Part shown: positions 48,567 to 62,060 of the stretch, piece by piece | How positions within the stretch are numbered: the stretch's first letter is position 1 | Layout of the letters: each line of letters opens with the position of its first letter | From: Phoronis australis | Lineage: Eukaryota > Animalia > Phoronida | Direction: 5' to 3' | Assembly: GCA_002633005.1 (NCBI GenBank) | Contig: NMRA01000104.1 | Coordinates: 1 to 64,000 of the forward strand | DNA: 64,000 bases | Program-made: the position numbers and the translations under genes | Notes under the pieces: generated by a model | Told to the model about the DNA's origin: nothing | What the model saw: the letters and a program-made list of their open reading frames with translations, nothing else | Databases searched by the model: none

Positions 48567-51289
48567 TAGGGGTTTCTGCGGTCATCTTATCTCCTTGCAG
48601 GATCCTAGATCCGGACACCCAACTTTTTCATTGAGGAATGTTTTCAACGGTAGTAATCACAAGGGTTCCGCATTTTGAGATCCAGTTTGATGCGCGTTAT
48701 TCAGTGGAAAAAACCTTCTCAAAATATGGAAGTGACTATTATCAGCTGGGAATAAGATTTCGTGTGAATGTAACACTGACAAAACAAAAAATGCTTGGTG
48801 GTTTTTCAAAGACGAATACGTGTGCATGAGTTTTTTCAGTGTCAGTTGTGTGAATCTGTGGATTTAAGCTGCTGTGCATTAGACATGCTTGCAAAGTTCA
48901 CTGTATCTTTGCATTGTGTGCTGGGTATTCTCTCTGTGTCTCTGTTCTTTGCTTTATTTCATGCAGATTGAAATATTTTCTCATTTTAACACTTCGCTGT
49001 TGTACAAGCTGCCATCACGACATTTTTATATAAACCTCTGAAAGCTAGCAATGCTGTGATGTACATCTGGTACCTGTTATTGTTTAAATACCATTTTTGC
49101 ATGCCTGTCTTTCAAAACAATGACCTCATTGTTGTAAAATGCATTGTTATTGGCTACAAGCCATAAACGGAGATGAGCTTCAGTTGAATGTTTATGTTCA
49201 TGTTCTGGGTGTAGGACTGGCACATACAACCTGCTAATAAAGTATGTGTATTGATTGTGGCCCATGTTTGTGTTCTGACATGTGCTGTAGAAGAATAGTA
49301 GACCATGGGTCAGTGTGCATGACATCACATGTTATGTTGTCATATGGTGTGCAGTGTGTTGGCCACATGCACACACACAGACACACACAAGTGTAAATAA
49401 CCTGTGAGCTTTCTGCCAGTAGTATTCTTTCAAATCATATAGTTCTACTGTTTCTATTCCTAAATAGTTCTGTCCTAAGGCCTTTTCAAACTAGCAACAT
49501 TGTCAGGCAAAAAGTTGCACATCACATTGGCCAAAAAGTGGCAAAGCTTTGCACTGCTCGAGGGTGCTGGATCGGATCGACCAATACCAGACTTGACAAG
49601 TTACAAACTACAACTGAATTTCTGTCAAATTTGAAAAAAAAAACATAAGCATGGATGACATCCAGCTTTTGAATGATTATTTACTCCTCAGCATACAAAC
49701 CAGTAAAATTTGTTCACTGTCTGTTGTGCACGTTGCAATTATTTTCATGTACTGATCTATGGGCAAGACTTGTCTGCTGTCATAATTCGTCTAGTAGGAT
49801 TTCTATTGGTCCTCATTACTGTAACCTTTAGATTAGGTATAGCTTCATATTAAGTTAAAGTTTCTGCTAATTTGCACTGGTCAAACATGGTTATAAAGAC
49901 TGATTATGTACTGAGAATAAGTATGTTGGTAATGCAAGTGGAATTTTTGATTGGTCTTTGACTGGTCTCCTCTTGGCCATTTCTGCAATCAGGGTCCTAG
50001 CAAAGTTGTACAAGGTTGGATAGGTTTGGCTTTCCTGCAACTCATCCACTGACATGTAATGCATGCTGTGTGACATTTTGCAGTCATTCCTGGGTATAAT
50101 CTTCATGTTGGCCTTCATGCGCACATCATTTCAATGGGCAGTTTCTCTCATCTGAAACAAGCTTATGGGATAACCAACTGTGGTTCATCCTTGGTGTTGA
50201 ACTTCGTCTTTTTTTAGCAGCTGAGATATTTTTGTCCTGGACATGTTTTGTATTAAATTTTGAAGTGGGAGAGCTGCCACGCTCTACTTCACCACATGTT
50301 TCACCAAGGGCACTTGAAGAATCTGACTCATGATAACATTTTCCCTACAATCGAGGAGTTTCAGTAGGTATCAGGATTTTGTCAAGCAAAAGTGTAAAAA
50401 TTTGATGTTTATTTTGAAACATCCTTGAGCATTGGAAGTGGTAAAATATAGGCACTTCATGGAGACTTGTAGTATCACCATTTGTAGAGTAAGAGGTTTT
50501 ATCAAGTTTGATGAATCTTATTTTCACATGTACTTTTAATTGCCTCTTTAGGTATTAGCGTACATTCCTGTTCTCGAAGAACAAATTATGTTTTGATCCT
50601 CAGTGACATGTGTCAGTTACAGATTTGAGCTGTACAAAATGTACTTATGAGTGAGTTAATTATTGACCATTTTTCAAAACAAAATTAATTGGTTTTATCA
50701 GGGCTGAGCTCGTTCTGGCAAAAAAATCTTCACGATGAATTCTATCTAATAATTTACGAATTCTATCTCATAATTTATGAATTCTATCCCATAATTCAAG
50801 AGTCCAACATCACTTCATTGGTCACCATTTTGCTAGCATAGGCTAGTAATCTCTAGAGCATACTCGCCTTATCATTTTCGAGTCGTTAGCATCTGCCACA
50901 CTGCTCGAAGAATTTTGAAATTGGGCAGATGTATTCCTATTGAATTGAGCACAAGGGACCTTGATTTTCGGACTAGTTCAACTACTGTGGCACCCTCTTG
51001 TGCCATTTTTGCATCTTGCCACAAAAATCAATTTTCATGAAATTAGTGTTCTCATTGAGAACATGGTTAATTTATTTATTTTATTTATTTATTGTTGTGA
51101 TATTTAAAATGAGGGTGGACTCTTCAGTGATAGCACTGCTTTCCAAGAGGGCTTTCCAAGAGGGTTTTGGGAAGAGTTTGACTACAGAGATGTCCTCTAG
51201 GGGCAATTTAGGTTTGGTTGGGTACACCTCAATATGGTACCCTGAGACATTTTCGTACAATGTGCCAAATAAGTTCCATGAGGGAGACT

Positions 51290-52360
51290 GTGGTACTTGT
51301 CCAGTTTTGGGCGATTCTCATTATTTTTACGTCTGCTTCTTTGTCCTCTGCCTCCCAATCTGCCAGACTGCATAAAGAATGTAGATGTGTTCTTATTGCG
51401 AAGTGCATGACTGACGAAAAACTGTCCTGATCTACTGTGGTCCGCCTAGTGGCAATTTTAATTTTTTTGTGTCTGCCTGGATAAACTTGAGTTCTTTGAT
51501 GGATCTTATAAAATTTGGAGTGATCCTATTGAGGAGTTCACAACTGCTATTGATTTTTGGTCAGATCCAAATATTTGACACTCTGTTGTAGCAATTTTGT
51601 TGCTTGGCCAGGCTCATTATCTAAAAAAATTCCTTAGATACATCTCGTTAGAAACTCGACCAGTTTCACAGCACCTTTCACTTCCTCGAGGTTTTTATAC
51701 AATTCCTGCTGTCCTCACGAAGATATTTGTCAGGGAATTTGATAAAAAATCCGGCAATAAAATTTAATCGATTTATACCGGACTAAAACTAGTGATTTCT
51801 CCAACTATTTAGCTTCTGAAATTGAATTAATTGTAAACAGTTAGGTTTATAACATTTTTGCCCAAAGAAATGTCTTAAAAATTAACCAAAACAAAGGCAT
51901 TAGTTTTCTGTTCTCTGTTACACATGGATTTAGTAACTCTTTGAACTGGGGTAGATAATTAGTGTGGCACAAAAGAGCTTCCAAAGACATAGCAATGCAT
52001 TAGATTGATATCTGGACTGGCTTTGATTTAGAAACGGTTCTCTTCTACAGAGTTACAACCAAACAGCTGAGAATGTTTTTGTGATGTTGCGAAATTTGGT
52101 ATATGTGTTTCTGTTGAGTTCGACATCACATCTGTTGATTATTGGACAGATCTGACTACTCTGGTGCTCCCTTTTGGCAATTTGGGGTTTCTTTACATTT
52201 GCCTCAGTATCGACCCAGTTCCTTGATGGATCTTCAGGAAATTTGACCTAATGAGACGAGCACAACTGATGTCAATTTTTGGATTATTCTGACTACTGTG
52301 GAAATATTTTGAGCACCACTTATACCTTTACTATTTGCGATGTACGAGGTGGACTTGTGA
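51290..52360 (+). mobile_element. degenerate HINE-like family fragments
   Basis: actactgtgg...ctagtggcaatttt, gatggatctt and gaaatttgg blocks shared with the 17345-18583 monomers. Confidence 0.45.
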
Positions 52361-53209
52361 ACATTACAGATTACGCTTGTAAATAATTCATAGTTATAAT
52401 AAGTGCTCCATCAGTGAGTCGAAAATGGCCAACCTCAAACCCAAAGTAAGATATGCGAATGGAGTGTTTTGTATTCAAAACTAACACCTGTGAACTCCGA
52501 CCACAGCATAACCATAGTAAACAAGAAGTGCTGAAGTGCCTCATTTCATGACTGGATGTTTTTGTGAGAACCAACAAATTAAATAAAAACATTAGGCACT
52601 CACCATTGTGTGAAATCGTATATCCTAGCCTAGTAGTAATTCTACCAAAACAGCAGCGCAAAATGAGCTTAAAAAGGGGATGCAACTATTTTTGTTATTA
52701 CATTTGATAACAAAGCAGATCCCTCAGGTCTTATCTTGGTCATGCATTTTTAGATGTTAATTATTTTTGCCTGGGTATGTTTACACAGTCCAAGGAACAA
52801 TAGAAAGTGATGTGAATGATGCAGCACAAGGCCTGATTGTTGGTTCTGTATTCTATGCTATAGATCTAACACAATGCCCTACTTGCTGTTGAACACTGTT
52901 TTGATCATTCTGTTGGCACGATGAAAGTGAATTCAGATTAAAGATACAAGCCAATAACCAATTTCAATTGTTCATTTTATAGTAAAATACATCCGAGGGG
53001 AATAGGAATTAATACAAAAATTTGTCAATGTATCTCCCAAGGTATCTATCCAGGGATATGTATTTTACTGAAGGTAAGATGAAAAATGGTTCTTTCCTCT
53101 TTAAGCCAAGTGATTTAACAAAAAGTTGTTGTTTTGCAGTTGCAGCAGTTCATGTATGCATGATCTTTGTAGAATCACCCTAAATTGGTTTCATGTTTGT
53201 ATATTCCAG

Positions 53210-53409
53210 CATACAATGGAAGAAAGTGACACAAGGGGGCGATGAGTTGAGCTTGGACAAGAGCAGGATTGTGATCCAGGTGACGCCAGAAAGGACCACA
53301 TTGTTGATCAATAGACCCGTCAAGGGTGATGAAGGACTGTATCAGTGTATAGCTGATGGAGGGAGGTCAGGAACTGCCATGTCCAGGGCAGGGAGAGTGA
53401 GGGAGGGAT
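53210..53409 (+). CDS. Ig-CAM gene, Ig1 second half
   Basis: ttccag|IQWKK...TLLINRPVKGDEGLYQCIADGGRSGTAMSRAGRVREG|gtaagt. Confidence 0.93.
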
Positions 53410-54067
53410 GTAAGTTGTGTCAATGTTGAAGTCTAGGGTGCATGTAACATTTGAGGTGGTGAGGCATGCGTAACAAAAAGGCGTAGGCGTAGTGGGATGG
53501 GTGTAACTTCAGTGTCTCATGGTAAGTGTTTTTTGAAAGTCATATGTCTGTCTTTAGTACTTTTTGGCTGCTGGTTATATCAAATTAGCACCTAATGAAA
53601 CTACACAGCAGAGATAATGACGTGGACAGTGTTGGCATGGGCCATGTGCTGAATTAGCAGCCACTTTCTGACAGATTTGTCGGTTATAGCATTCCCTGTT
53701 GGACACCCGCTGAAGACATATTAACAGTTGAAAAAAAGACATGCAACAATTTGTGGCATGGATTTGTTGACATCCATTAGTTTTGGCATACATCTACCGA
53801 TCTCCGATCTCTGTGTTTGCCACTTGAATTTTGGACACGATATTCCATTGTTTTCAAAATAGACAGTGACTCATTGGAGCTTTGCAAAACTGTTCATAGC
53901 TCATTTATCAAGTCAACTATGGCTCAACTGGTCTCCACTTTTAAAATCTTTCAAAGTTTGCTGCTTTTATACCTGACAAGTGTGGAGGGTCTATTTGTTG
54001 TCTATCTTAACTGATGTTGTCTAAAGCCACCATGGTCTTCATTAGATAATCATGATTTCTATTTTAG

Positions 54068-54262
54068 ATCTAAAACCAGTATCATTGTCTGAGGAAATAA
54101 TTCCTGCAAGAGCTGGTGACTCACTGCAGCTCCCATGTAGTGGTCCAAACAGTTATCCCAAGGCCAAGTACCACTGGTTACGTCTACCCAACGCTGGAGT
54201 TGACAGTCCTCATCCCCCTGTACAGATAACGACCAACCGTCGTGTCGCCATCACTGAGCAAG
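54068..54262 (+). CDS. Ig-CAM gene, Ig2 first half
   Basis: ttttag|LKPVSLSEEIIPARAGDSLQLPCSGPNSYPKAKYHWLR...RRVAITEQ|gtacct. Confidence 0.92.
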
Positions 54263-55035
54263 GTACCTTTTTCTCATTCACCTTTTTGTTCAATGTTACA
54301 GTTATTGTTTTATGATAATGTGTCATTATGATGTTTCGTGTCTCTGGAAAAGAACGGATGTATTATAATTTTAGGCTTGCTTTATTCACGGAATTATGTA
54401 CATACCCGTGGGTAGATACTTAAATGTTGTGTTTTGAGAAAGTGATTGTGATGCATGGTAATATTGGGGACTTCATTGATTATAATTTATACAGTATCAT
54501 CACTGATTTGAATACACCCAGCTATTATTCACTCGTGCTGTGTGGGCAGGTGATAGTTATGTGTTGGCTACTAATGGAACTACTTGTCGTGACTTACAGA
54601 AAAGTTTTGATTGGAATTTCGAAATTTTGATTTTGATCGTCTGGGCTATTCAAGGATGGCCTATCGTGACAAAATTGTGTTATGTGTCATTTAATCTCTA
54701 CGAGATAAACGATTGTCAAAATCTGTTACACATTGTACAGTATTATAGTCTGAACAACATTCAGAAAACTCTAACACTGGCGTCCCAGTACTATTTGCTT
54801 TACATTGCTTTTTGGTAAACTTTGTCTTTGAATTACTTCATAACCACTGTGATGTAATTAATAGGGACTGCAAAGTTTTTCAGTTGTGTCACATTTTTAT
54901 TCCTTGATGTGCACTTGGCTTCATTTGTTGTTCAAAACTTGTTTTTTTGTCCAGGTGTGTTAACAGTTTGTTTGTGTCGACATAATCCTGGAAGTAGCTA
55001 AACAGTAACTGTAACGCTATTTGTTCATCCTACAG

Positions 55036-55179
55036 GTAACCTGCTGTTCACCTTTGTCAGCCAGGCTGACATGTATGATGGTCTGTCATTCAGCGGTTGG
55101 CACTATGCCTGTGTCTCTTACAACCCAGCCATAAGGAAGAGTGAAATAGGCAGGCCTATAAAACTAAACATTACAGGAG
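55036..55179 (+). CDS. Ig-CAM gene, Ig2 second half
   Basis: ctacag|GNLLFTFVSQADMYDGLSFSGWHYACVSYNPAIRKSEIGRPIKLNITG|gtgagt. Confidence 0.92.
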
Positions 55180-55579
55180 GTGAGTTGATAGTCTTGTTTC
55201 TCAGTTGGGTTTGCACACATCAAGAAGCTGTCAGCCTCGATTTATCAATACTGCATAGAGTGTGCAAGTTATAGCTTGCTAAGGGAATGTCCAATTGCTG
55301 GTGTACCCCTAGGTTGCAGTTTTATTTGCATTGCCTCAATGTCTATCTCGTTCTGTGATTGACGTAAATTATAACATTTAATGGTTATGTACGTATATAA
55401 CAGGACATTAAACATCACTTGCTGGGCCGATTCAAGTTGTAAGTTCAATATACTTTGTTCTTTTTACCTAAACTTCTATAAGGACTAATCAACTTTGCTT
55501 ATATTTTGTTTTGTGGAGGAAATACCACTTGTCAGTGTTTGACAAATTTGCATAATGTTGTGCCTCTTGTGTGGGATAA

Positions 55580-56289
55580 TTAAGTTAGTTACGCACTGCA
55601 AAATCAGTTGACATTGCGAGTGAACGTTGAAATAGCTAACATAGTTAAGGATTGTATAGTTTATAAGTACCGAAAACAAGTTTTCGCCAAATAATTAACC
55701 AAATACTTTGAGATTTTCACTTGTCCCAGTTTAATTGGCTTTTTCTCGGCTTCGGCAAATCGACTTTATTTGAACTTAGGAACACTAGTTCTCGAAAACG
55801 GCTTGATGGATTTCGCTGAAACTTTCCAAACTTAATATTTAGTCATCAATCTCAAAAACGCTATTAGGATTTTTGATGTATAAAGGCCTAGTTTTTGCGT
55901 AATGTGACAAAGACGAATACGACTTCAATTTTTTACAAAAATACCTTACGTTTTGCGAATTGATTTGTCATAGAAACCAAACAAACAGACTAATCGAAAA
56001 TTCCTAACAGTGTTTTTGAGGTAACTGGTGAATTTTTCATTTAAAAAGGTTTCATTAAAATCGACCGAAGGGTTAGTTTGCTATAAATATACCTTTCTTC
56101 AAAATGAAATTTTGACTTAAAAAAGTTTTTACATAAAAATGATAATGGCACATAAATACAAAAAATATATTTATATTTCCTGGTCTTTGTTCTTTCAGAA
56201 AATATATACTTTTACTAGTTGACAAAGCTTATTTTTTTGATATACGAGTTAGAATGGAGGCCACTAAATAAGGTTGGAGATAACCTTAA
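55580..56289. mobile_element. TTAA-bounded (Kolobok-like) non-autonomous element, degenerate
   Basis: ttaagttagttacgca ... tggagataaccttaa weak TIRs; internal inverted block ctcaaaaacgctattagga / tcctaacagtgtttttgag. Confidence 0.45.
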
Positions 56290-56558
56290 GTAGGCAGAAG
56301 TACCCTGGGGCTGGCCAGACTTATACCGTCATGGGGCAAGTTTGGCTTTTTGGACCTAATGGTTTTGTATGCAACTTGCACTTTTATAATTGTAATGAAA
56401 TCACCAATTGTATGTCCCTAAAAAGACTCCCTGTTTCAAGAGTGACGCTCAGAAGCTTCATCAAAAATTTCTATATTTCGAATGGGGGTCCAAACTAGCC
56501 TCACTTTCTAGTATGTTGGGGGATTGTGACCATTAATGCATGGCTATTTTATTTGCAG

Positions 56559-56661
56559 CTGAACCAAGAACTACTCCAATGAAGTTGTTGTATAAGAACA
56601 GATCACCAGTGATTGCAGTGGCTGGGCGTCCATTTACACTCAACTGTGTCTTTGGTGGAAA
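56559..56661 (+). CDS. Ig-CAM gene, Ig3 first half
   Basis: ttgcag|EPRTTPMKLLYKNRSPVIAVAGRPFTLNCVFGG-|gtaagt. Confidence 0.92.
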
Positions 56662-56909
56662 GTAAGTTTAAAATTATTGCTGCAGTGAGTACCAGCAACG
56701 TTGGTTCCAGGGGCCGATGATGTCAGCCTGAGAGAGAGTACATTGCCAGAAATGTTGTAACATATACTAATGCACATGTGCAAAATCTTCCCAGCAACCC
56801 CCATAACAAACACATGTTATTGACCTGTCATTACCAATTTAAAATTTAAGGAAGATAACTACTTAATTTGCCAATAGCCTGTTGCAGAGGGCGAATGTGG
56901 ACACTTATT

Positions 56910-57051
56910 TTTGCCAAATATTACCATTATTGCCAAATATTACCATTATTGCCAAATATTACCATTATTGCCAAATATTACCATTATTGCCAAATATTAC
57001 CATTATTGCCAAATACTACCATTATTGGCAAATATTACCATTATTGGCAAA
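56910..57051. repeat. 19-bp minisatellite, about 7 copies
   Basis: (gccaaatattaccattatt)n, flanked by weak inverted ends (tgtggacac / tgtttccacg). Confidence 0.95.
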
Positions 57052-58392
57052 AATGTTTCCACGTCCCTTGAGGTTTGAAGTTTGTCCTGTTCAGGGCTAT
57101 GTAAACGATCGTCTAGAAACCACTACTTGAACACACAGCTCATTGTTAAGTCAAGTTTGAGGTGAAATTCATTTCACAATCAGATTTGCGGATAGATTAA
57201 ATGACAACCAGGAGTATTCAGACAGGGCCTCATCCCAGTTTCATGTGATTTTTCAGAAAATATTTTCAGAAAATTTTCCACGTCCATTGTGCTGAAAATG
57301 GACCCACTTGCTGCTTTATGGCATAATAGTCTTGATACAGTGCTAATTCGTAAATTCACAATTATAACTTCCAAAAAATATCCTGGGCAAAATTTAAAAT
57401 TTCAGGTCAATGCTTTTTATTTGCTTCTAAGAAATATGGGAAACGATCCTTGCATATGGTTTAAAATGTGATTGACACCGCGGTGGGGTCACATGACACT
57501 GTATGTGGAAAATAGGTCATCTGGGTCATCCAAAAAGTCCAAATGTTTGGAGTTACGAATGCATTATTCAGTTTATTCCCAACTAAATCTTCTAGTGAGC
57601 AACAAGCCATAATAGAAAACTGCTCCACAGTCATTTTTGACCCAATTTTTTGTCTTACTCTGCAACAAAAATCAAGCCAAAATTTGAACCTGACATTGAC
57701 CTCTTATATTTGGTCGTGTTCAGTTACCGGAATCACCACCCTGGTCTGGCATATTTTCCATGTTATTTTTTTCAGGTTCTTTACATGAATTGCATACAAC
57801 ACTGAAAGAACACATAGCATTAAACATAGTGTTCGATTTGCATAAATGCCTTTGAAAAATTTGGTAATTTGTCAAAATAAGGCCACTCCTTGTAGCGTGG
57901 CTCTCATATTGCTGTCGTGAAAATTGAACGTAAACATGTAACAGTAACATTCTGTTGTTTATTGCGTATGTTACGTATCGAGAAAAGTTGTTGTCTTCCT
58001 TTAGCTTGAATGAAACCGAATGGCAGAAACCGCCTTTTGTAAATTTTACTATGTTCAGGTAATAATCTCTGTTTCAGTTTACAATACCTGTCCAAAACAC
58101 GAATCTTAAATATGATTCTAAATTTAAACTTTTGTGGCTTTGCTCCATTTCATTACGATAAACCATTTGCAGTTTCCATGCAGGCCACTTTACGTTGACT
58201 GGTACGATTTCCCACGTCACAATTGCAAAATCCAGGTCAAAATCCTTGACGCAGTTGTTATGTTTAACTATATGGGAGATGAATTCATGTCATGTTACGT
58301 CAGTTGAGCCTGTCAAATCATCATTAAAGTGAGAGACAGTCCCTTCATATGCTTCTACTCGTAAAATGTTTTTCCATCTGTGTGTGTCATAG

Positions 58393-58589
58393 GCCGGCGC
58401 CAACCGTTAAGATAGATCGGCCAAAAGATTTCTTGATGCCACCTCGTGAACGACTATTTGAGACAGTGGACCAAACGGTGTTAAACATACGACGTGTTGA
58501 ACCCACTGATGCAGGAAGTTGGAGGTGTACTGGAACACAAAATAATGGTGCTAAGGCCAAGGAAGAGTTCATTGATGTACAAGTTGAAA
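58393..58589 (+). CDS. Ig-CAM gene, Ig3 second half
   Basis: tcatag|PAPTVKIDRPKD...VLNIRRVEPTDAGSWRCTGTQNNGAKAKEEFIDVQVE|gtgagt. Confidence 0.9.
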
Positions 58590-58933
58590 GTGAGTCATGT
58601 CTTAATTATGACGTTTCACTTGTAACCAGTCCTAAGGTGAACCAGAGCTGATGTGTTCATATCATGTCCCAAATTATGAACACTTGTATAAGGGAATTGT
58701 CTCTAATCTCACAATTATTGTCAAGATGCTTTTTCAAGGATATAAATACATAGTAAGGCAAAGGGTATGTCCCTGACATTGTAATGTAGTCATGCAATGA
58801 TAATGAAAGTTTGGCGCGAGCCAGATGATGTAAGCAACCTTCTCGATGTCTATTTACCTGTCGTAGCTTGCTTTAGTACTGAATATTATCTACTAACTTA
58901 AGTTCAAACCTTTTTCCTTGTACTGTTTTCTAG

Positions 58934-59065
58934 CTCCACCAATTTGGGTGAAGGCTCCAAGGAACATGAATGTGTCCGTTGGTTCTAATGCCACATTCGA
59001 CTGTGAACCCACGGGAAATCCTATACCTTCAATACAGTTCTATATAAACTCCAAGAAAATATCAG
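58934..59065 (+). CDS. Ig-CAM gene, Ig4 first half
   Basis: ttctag|PPIWVKAPRNMNVSVGSNATFDCEPTGNPIPSIQFYINSKKIS|gtaaag. Confidence 0.93.
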
Positions 59066-59132
59066 GTAAAGTCATTGTATGGCAGATGATGTGCTGAAAT
59101 GGCATCAGCTGGTTCTTTCTTCGGTAATGGTT

Positions 59133-59219
59133 GGATATAACGTGCCCGCACTTTGAAAACCTGTTTTCTTCTCTCACGGGTGTCAAACTTTGTTGTCAAA
59201 ATGTGGGCACGTTTTATCC
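59133..59219. repeat. short inverted repeat / mini-MITE
   Basis: ggatataacgtgcccgcactttga / tcaaaatgtgggcacgttttatcc. Confidence 0.7.
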
Positions 59220-60635
59220 GACTGTTGCCGTTTCTTCCGAGTCTGCAGCTCCATGAAACTTTGCTAATCTGCTCCTATACATACATATTCATATACATAT
59301 ACATACATGTGTTCTAAAGGGTGATCTGTAAACGTCTAGTGAAACAGTTTTGTTCCATTTAGCTTGGGAGTTAAAATTTGGTTTGTTCATCTCTGGTAAG
59401 TAGATGCACAGTGTTTGTGAAGTGCGAAGTAGTCATGCTGCACTGGCCATAGAGGGGCATGTTGTGCATTATAGATATGCTTGCTTTGTCTAGGATAAGA
59501 ATAGGATCGTAATATTTATAGTACAAATGATACACCAGTATGTTGGATGCATGGTCCAAATTACCACTCCCTCTTTTCAGTAATGCAGTTTTTAGTAGTT
59601 ACCAACAACAATATGGTAGCATATGTGGTTCAGTATAAGCACTGTGTAGGGCAGTTCAGTGTTGACTGTTTGACACTTTCCCACTTAAAATCAGCTTGCC
59701 CGCTTTTTTTCCCTTCATTTTGTGGTTGTTTTCAAATGACTTGTTCCTATGGCGAAGCAGTTTGACTGAAATTTACAATTAACTGGCCTTTTACTCCATC
59801 TTTGAATGCGTTTTATTGTTTGAGCACCACAAAGCTACAGTGATTTTAACCCTCTATGCATTATGTACTGATTGGACAATAATTGTAAACATCTGATGTT
59901 TTGTGCTTACTTACATTTACTTTCATCTTGAATGTGTGAGCGCATGTCACTGTCAAAGTAAACTTACCGTCTGAGAATCTGATATGATGAACATGACATG
60001 ACAAAATAAAAATGTATTACAACAATGGGGTTGGCACTAAAACAACCCGCTTTTCTGAGACTGTTACGGACGTGGGTGATATTGAAAACTACAAGTATTT
60101 GATGTATAAAACATACAGCAAAACTTACATTAGTCATAGTGTGATGCACGTATAGGCAATCAACGTCTATGGTAGGGATATATCGTAGTCTCAGTGTTGA
60201 GTTTTAGTACGTTGACTATCATTGGAGCAGATTATTCAATGAATTAATCCTTAGTCCTTAAACTAGGAGCGCTGCATGAAAAGATCTCGACTTATTTTCA
60301 ATAATATTGATAATTCAACATAGACTTCACTCTCAATTTATATCAAAGCTAAAATTTGTTTGATTTAGTAACGAGACTAATACAGCATAAGAAAGGACAA
60401 TCAGTGTTTTCACACACCCACAAATACGCAGTAGATTTAGGGAACTTAGTTGAGTTCCTATTTGGGACTGCTTCATGCAACCGGGCACTGGAGTCTTATG
60501 GGTTTATGTTGGATTTAACAACAGCAGTTGCTTGCACAGGACCAATAATTGACATTATGTGGATGGTAATTATTGATGCAACAATGCATGGCAATGATAA
60601 TTATCGGTGCAGTAATCTCCTTGTTTATTACACAG

Positions 60636-60776
60636 GTAGCCGAATGGAGTATGAACTGAAGAAGAATAAGCTGATCTTCTTAAAAGTCAAGAAACCAGAC
60701 AGTTTGGTTGTCATGCAGTGTCGCATTCAGAATAAACATGGAACCATATACAAGTCTGGTTACTTAAACGTTCTTG
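60636..60776 (+). CDS. Ig-CAM gene, Ig4 second half
   Basis: acacag|SRMEYELKKNKLIFLKVKKPDSLVVMQCRIQNKHGTIYKSGYLNVL|gtaaga. Confidence 0.92.
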
Positions 60777-61733
60777 GTAAGATTTTTTATTATCTTGTTT
60801 AGTTTGATTTTCGACTGGTTGGTTTTTATGAAGAGCATTTTGTGATGGAAAACTGCCTATTGCTTTTACTGTGCCCTTAGTTGTCTACTGTTTAATATCA
60901 ATAGTTTCATTATGAATTGAATTTCTTCACATGGAGGTAGGAAATTGAGTTGACTGGTTTAGTTAGTGAAACGCCAGACACTCATAAGTGAGTGGAAGGT
61001 TCGAAAATATTAGTCTGTCTTATGGACTGTTGTCCACCTTTTCTAATTTCTTGCTGTCTACATTGTACCATTCTGCATAAATTAACTTTATTGTCAGTTG
61101 CCCGACAAATGTGTTGGTACAGCAAAGTGATATTGGCACCATTCATTTTGCATCATTTTGCCCAGGGTCTGAACTAAACCATCTGCATTTAGCAGTACTG
61201 GACTGCTAAGGGATACAACTATGTGTAGTGTGCTTCTATGTTGTATTAAGGTTAATGGTCAACCTTCATCACTGAATTCCTTTCACATGTATCCATGGAT
61301 ACTGTTCAAAACATTTCATTCATGCCTTGAACTTTCACATAATCAATTATAATCACGTGGTAACCATTTCTGATGAAAATTGTTGTTTTTTGTGTTGAAG
61401 TTGAATTTAATAAAAATCGAACAATTCGATCACCATATCATTGTGATCAGGCACCATGTTGTCTTGGTCGACCACTATACATTGGCTTGTTGAGGCACCA
61501 GGTCGACATGGTCAATCTCCACATCACTGTTGGTAAATCTTTCCCACCTCATCTGCTGCCTTGTCGAACTGGTTGCGCTGAATCACAGAATAGGTCAGAC
61601 AATCGCAAAATTGATGACCTCAGTGAGATTTGATCCGCAAATTGACAAAGTCTCCATTTTCTGTCAGAATTCTTGTAACTCAATTCCTGTTGGATCATCG
61701 TTTGTCACTAATTTTGGTCTCATTGTTTTCCAG

Positions 61734-62060
61734 ATAACTTGGTAGTAGTTAAGCAGCCATTAGACTCCTACGTACTTTCCGAGGACAACAAACAAGCAAG
61801 CATGATATGTCATGTGTCCAGTGACCCCAGTGACCCTGTAGACTACATGTGGCTAAAAGATGGTAAAGAATTAGGTGAATCATTGGTGTACAGTACCAGT
61901 GTGACGAACCGCCAGTCAACACTGACTGTCAGCATGAACCGTGCTCAGAAAGGAGAGACTGAAATGGACTTTGTTGGATCATACAGCTGTGTTGCCCGCA
62001 CACGCTACAATGGTTGGCAGAAAGAGGTTCATGGCTACAGATTACAGTATCTGAAATCAG
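61734..62060 (+). CDS. Ig-CAM gene, fifth Ig domain (resembles L1-family Ig6)
   Basis: ttccag|DNLVVVKQPLDSY...ASMICHVSSDPSDPVDYMWLKDGKEL...VGSYSCVARTRYNG...YLKS|gtacgt. Confidence 0.93.

Larger units (their letters stand above)
43649..62060 (+). other. L1/neuroglian-family Ig-superfamily cell-adhesion gene, partial (signal peptide plus 5 Ig domains; continues beyond window)
   Basis: Exons 43649-43712, 45004-45112, 53210-53409, 54068-54262, 55036-55179, 56559-56661, 58393-58589, 58934-59065, 60636-60776 and 61734-62060 splice in phase. L1-family signatures: PPVITEQP, CQAKGVPMP, DEGLYQC..GTAMS, LPC..P.SYP, GNLLFTFV, PPIWVKAPRN, QC..QNKHG...GYLNV. Confidence 0.9.

Noticed and set aside
45113-53209. 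Hidden alternative (Dscam-like mutually exclusive) Ig exons in the 8-kb intron
   Set aside because: No additional W...DxGxYxC exon was found by eye or in the ORF track; very short exons cannot be excluded.
55736-55765. ttctcggc as a U2 snRNA fragment; tRNA/snRNA genes generally
   Set aside because: Only about 8 nt match, and no structured RNA gene could be supported anywhere in the window by eye.
56868-57130. ORFs with AKYYHYCQILPLLPNITII repeats
   Set aside because: Artefact of a 19-bp minisatellite.
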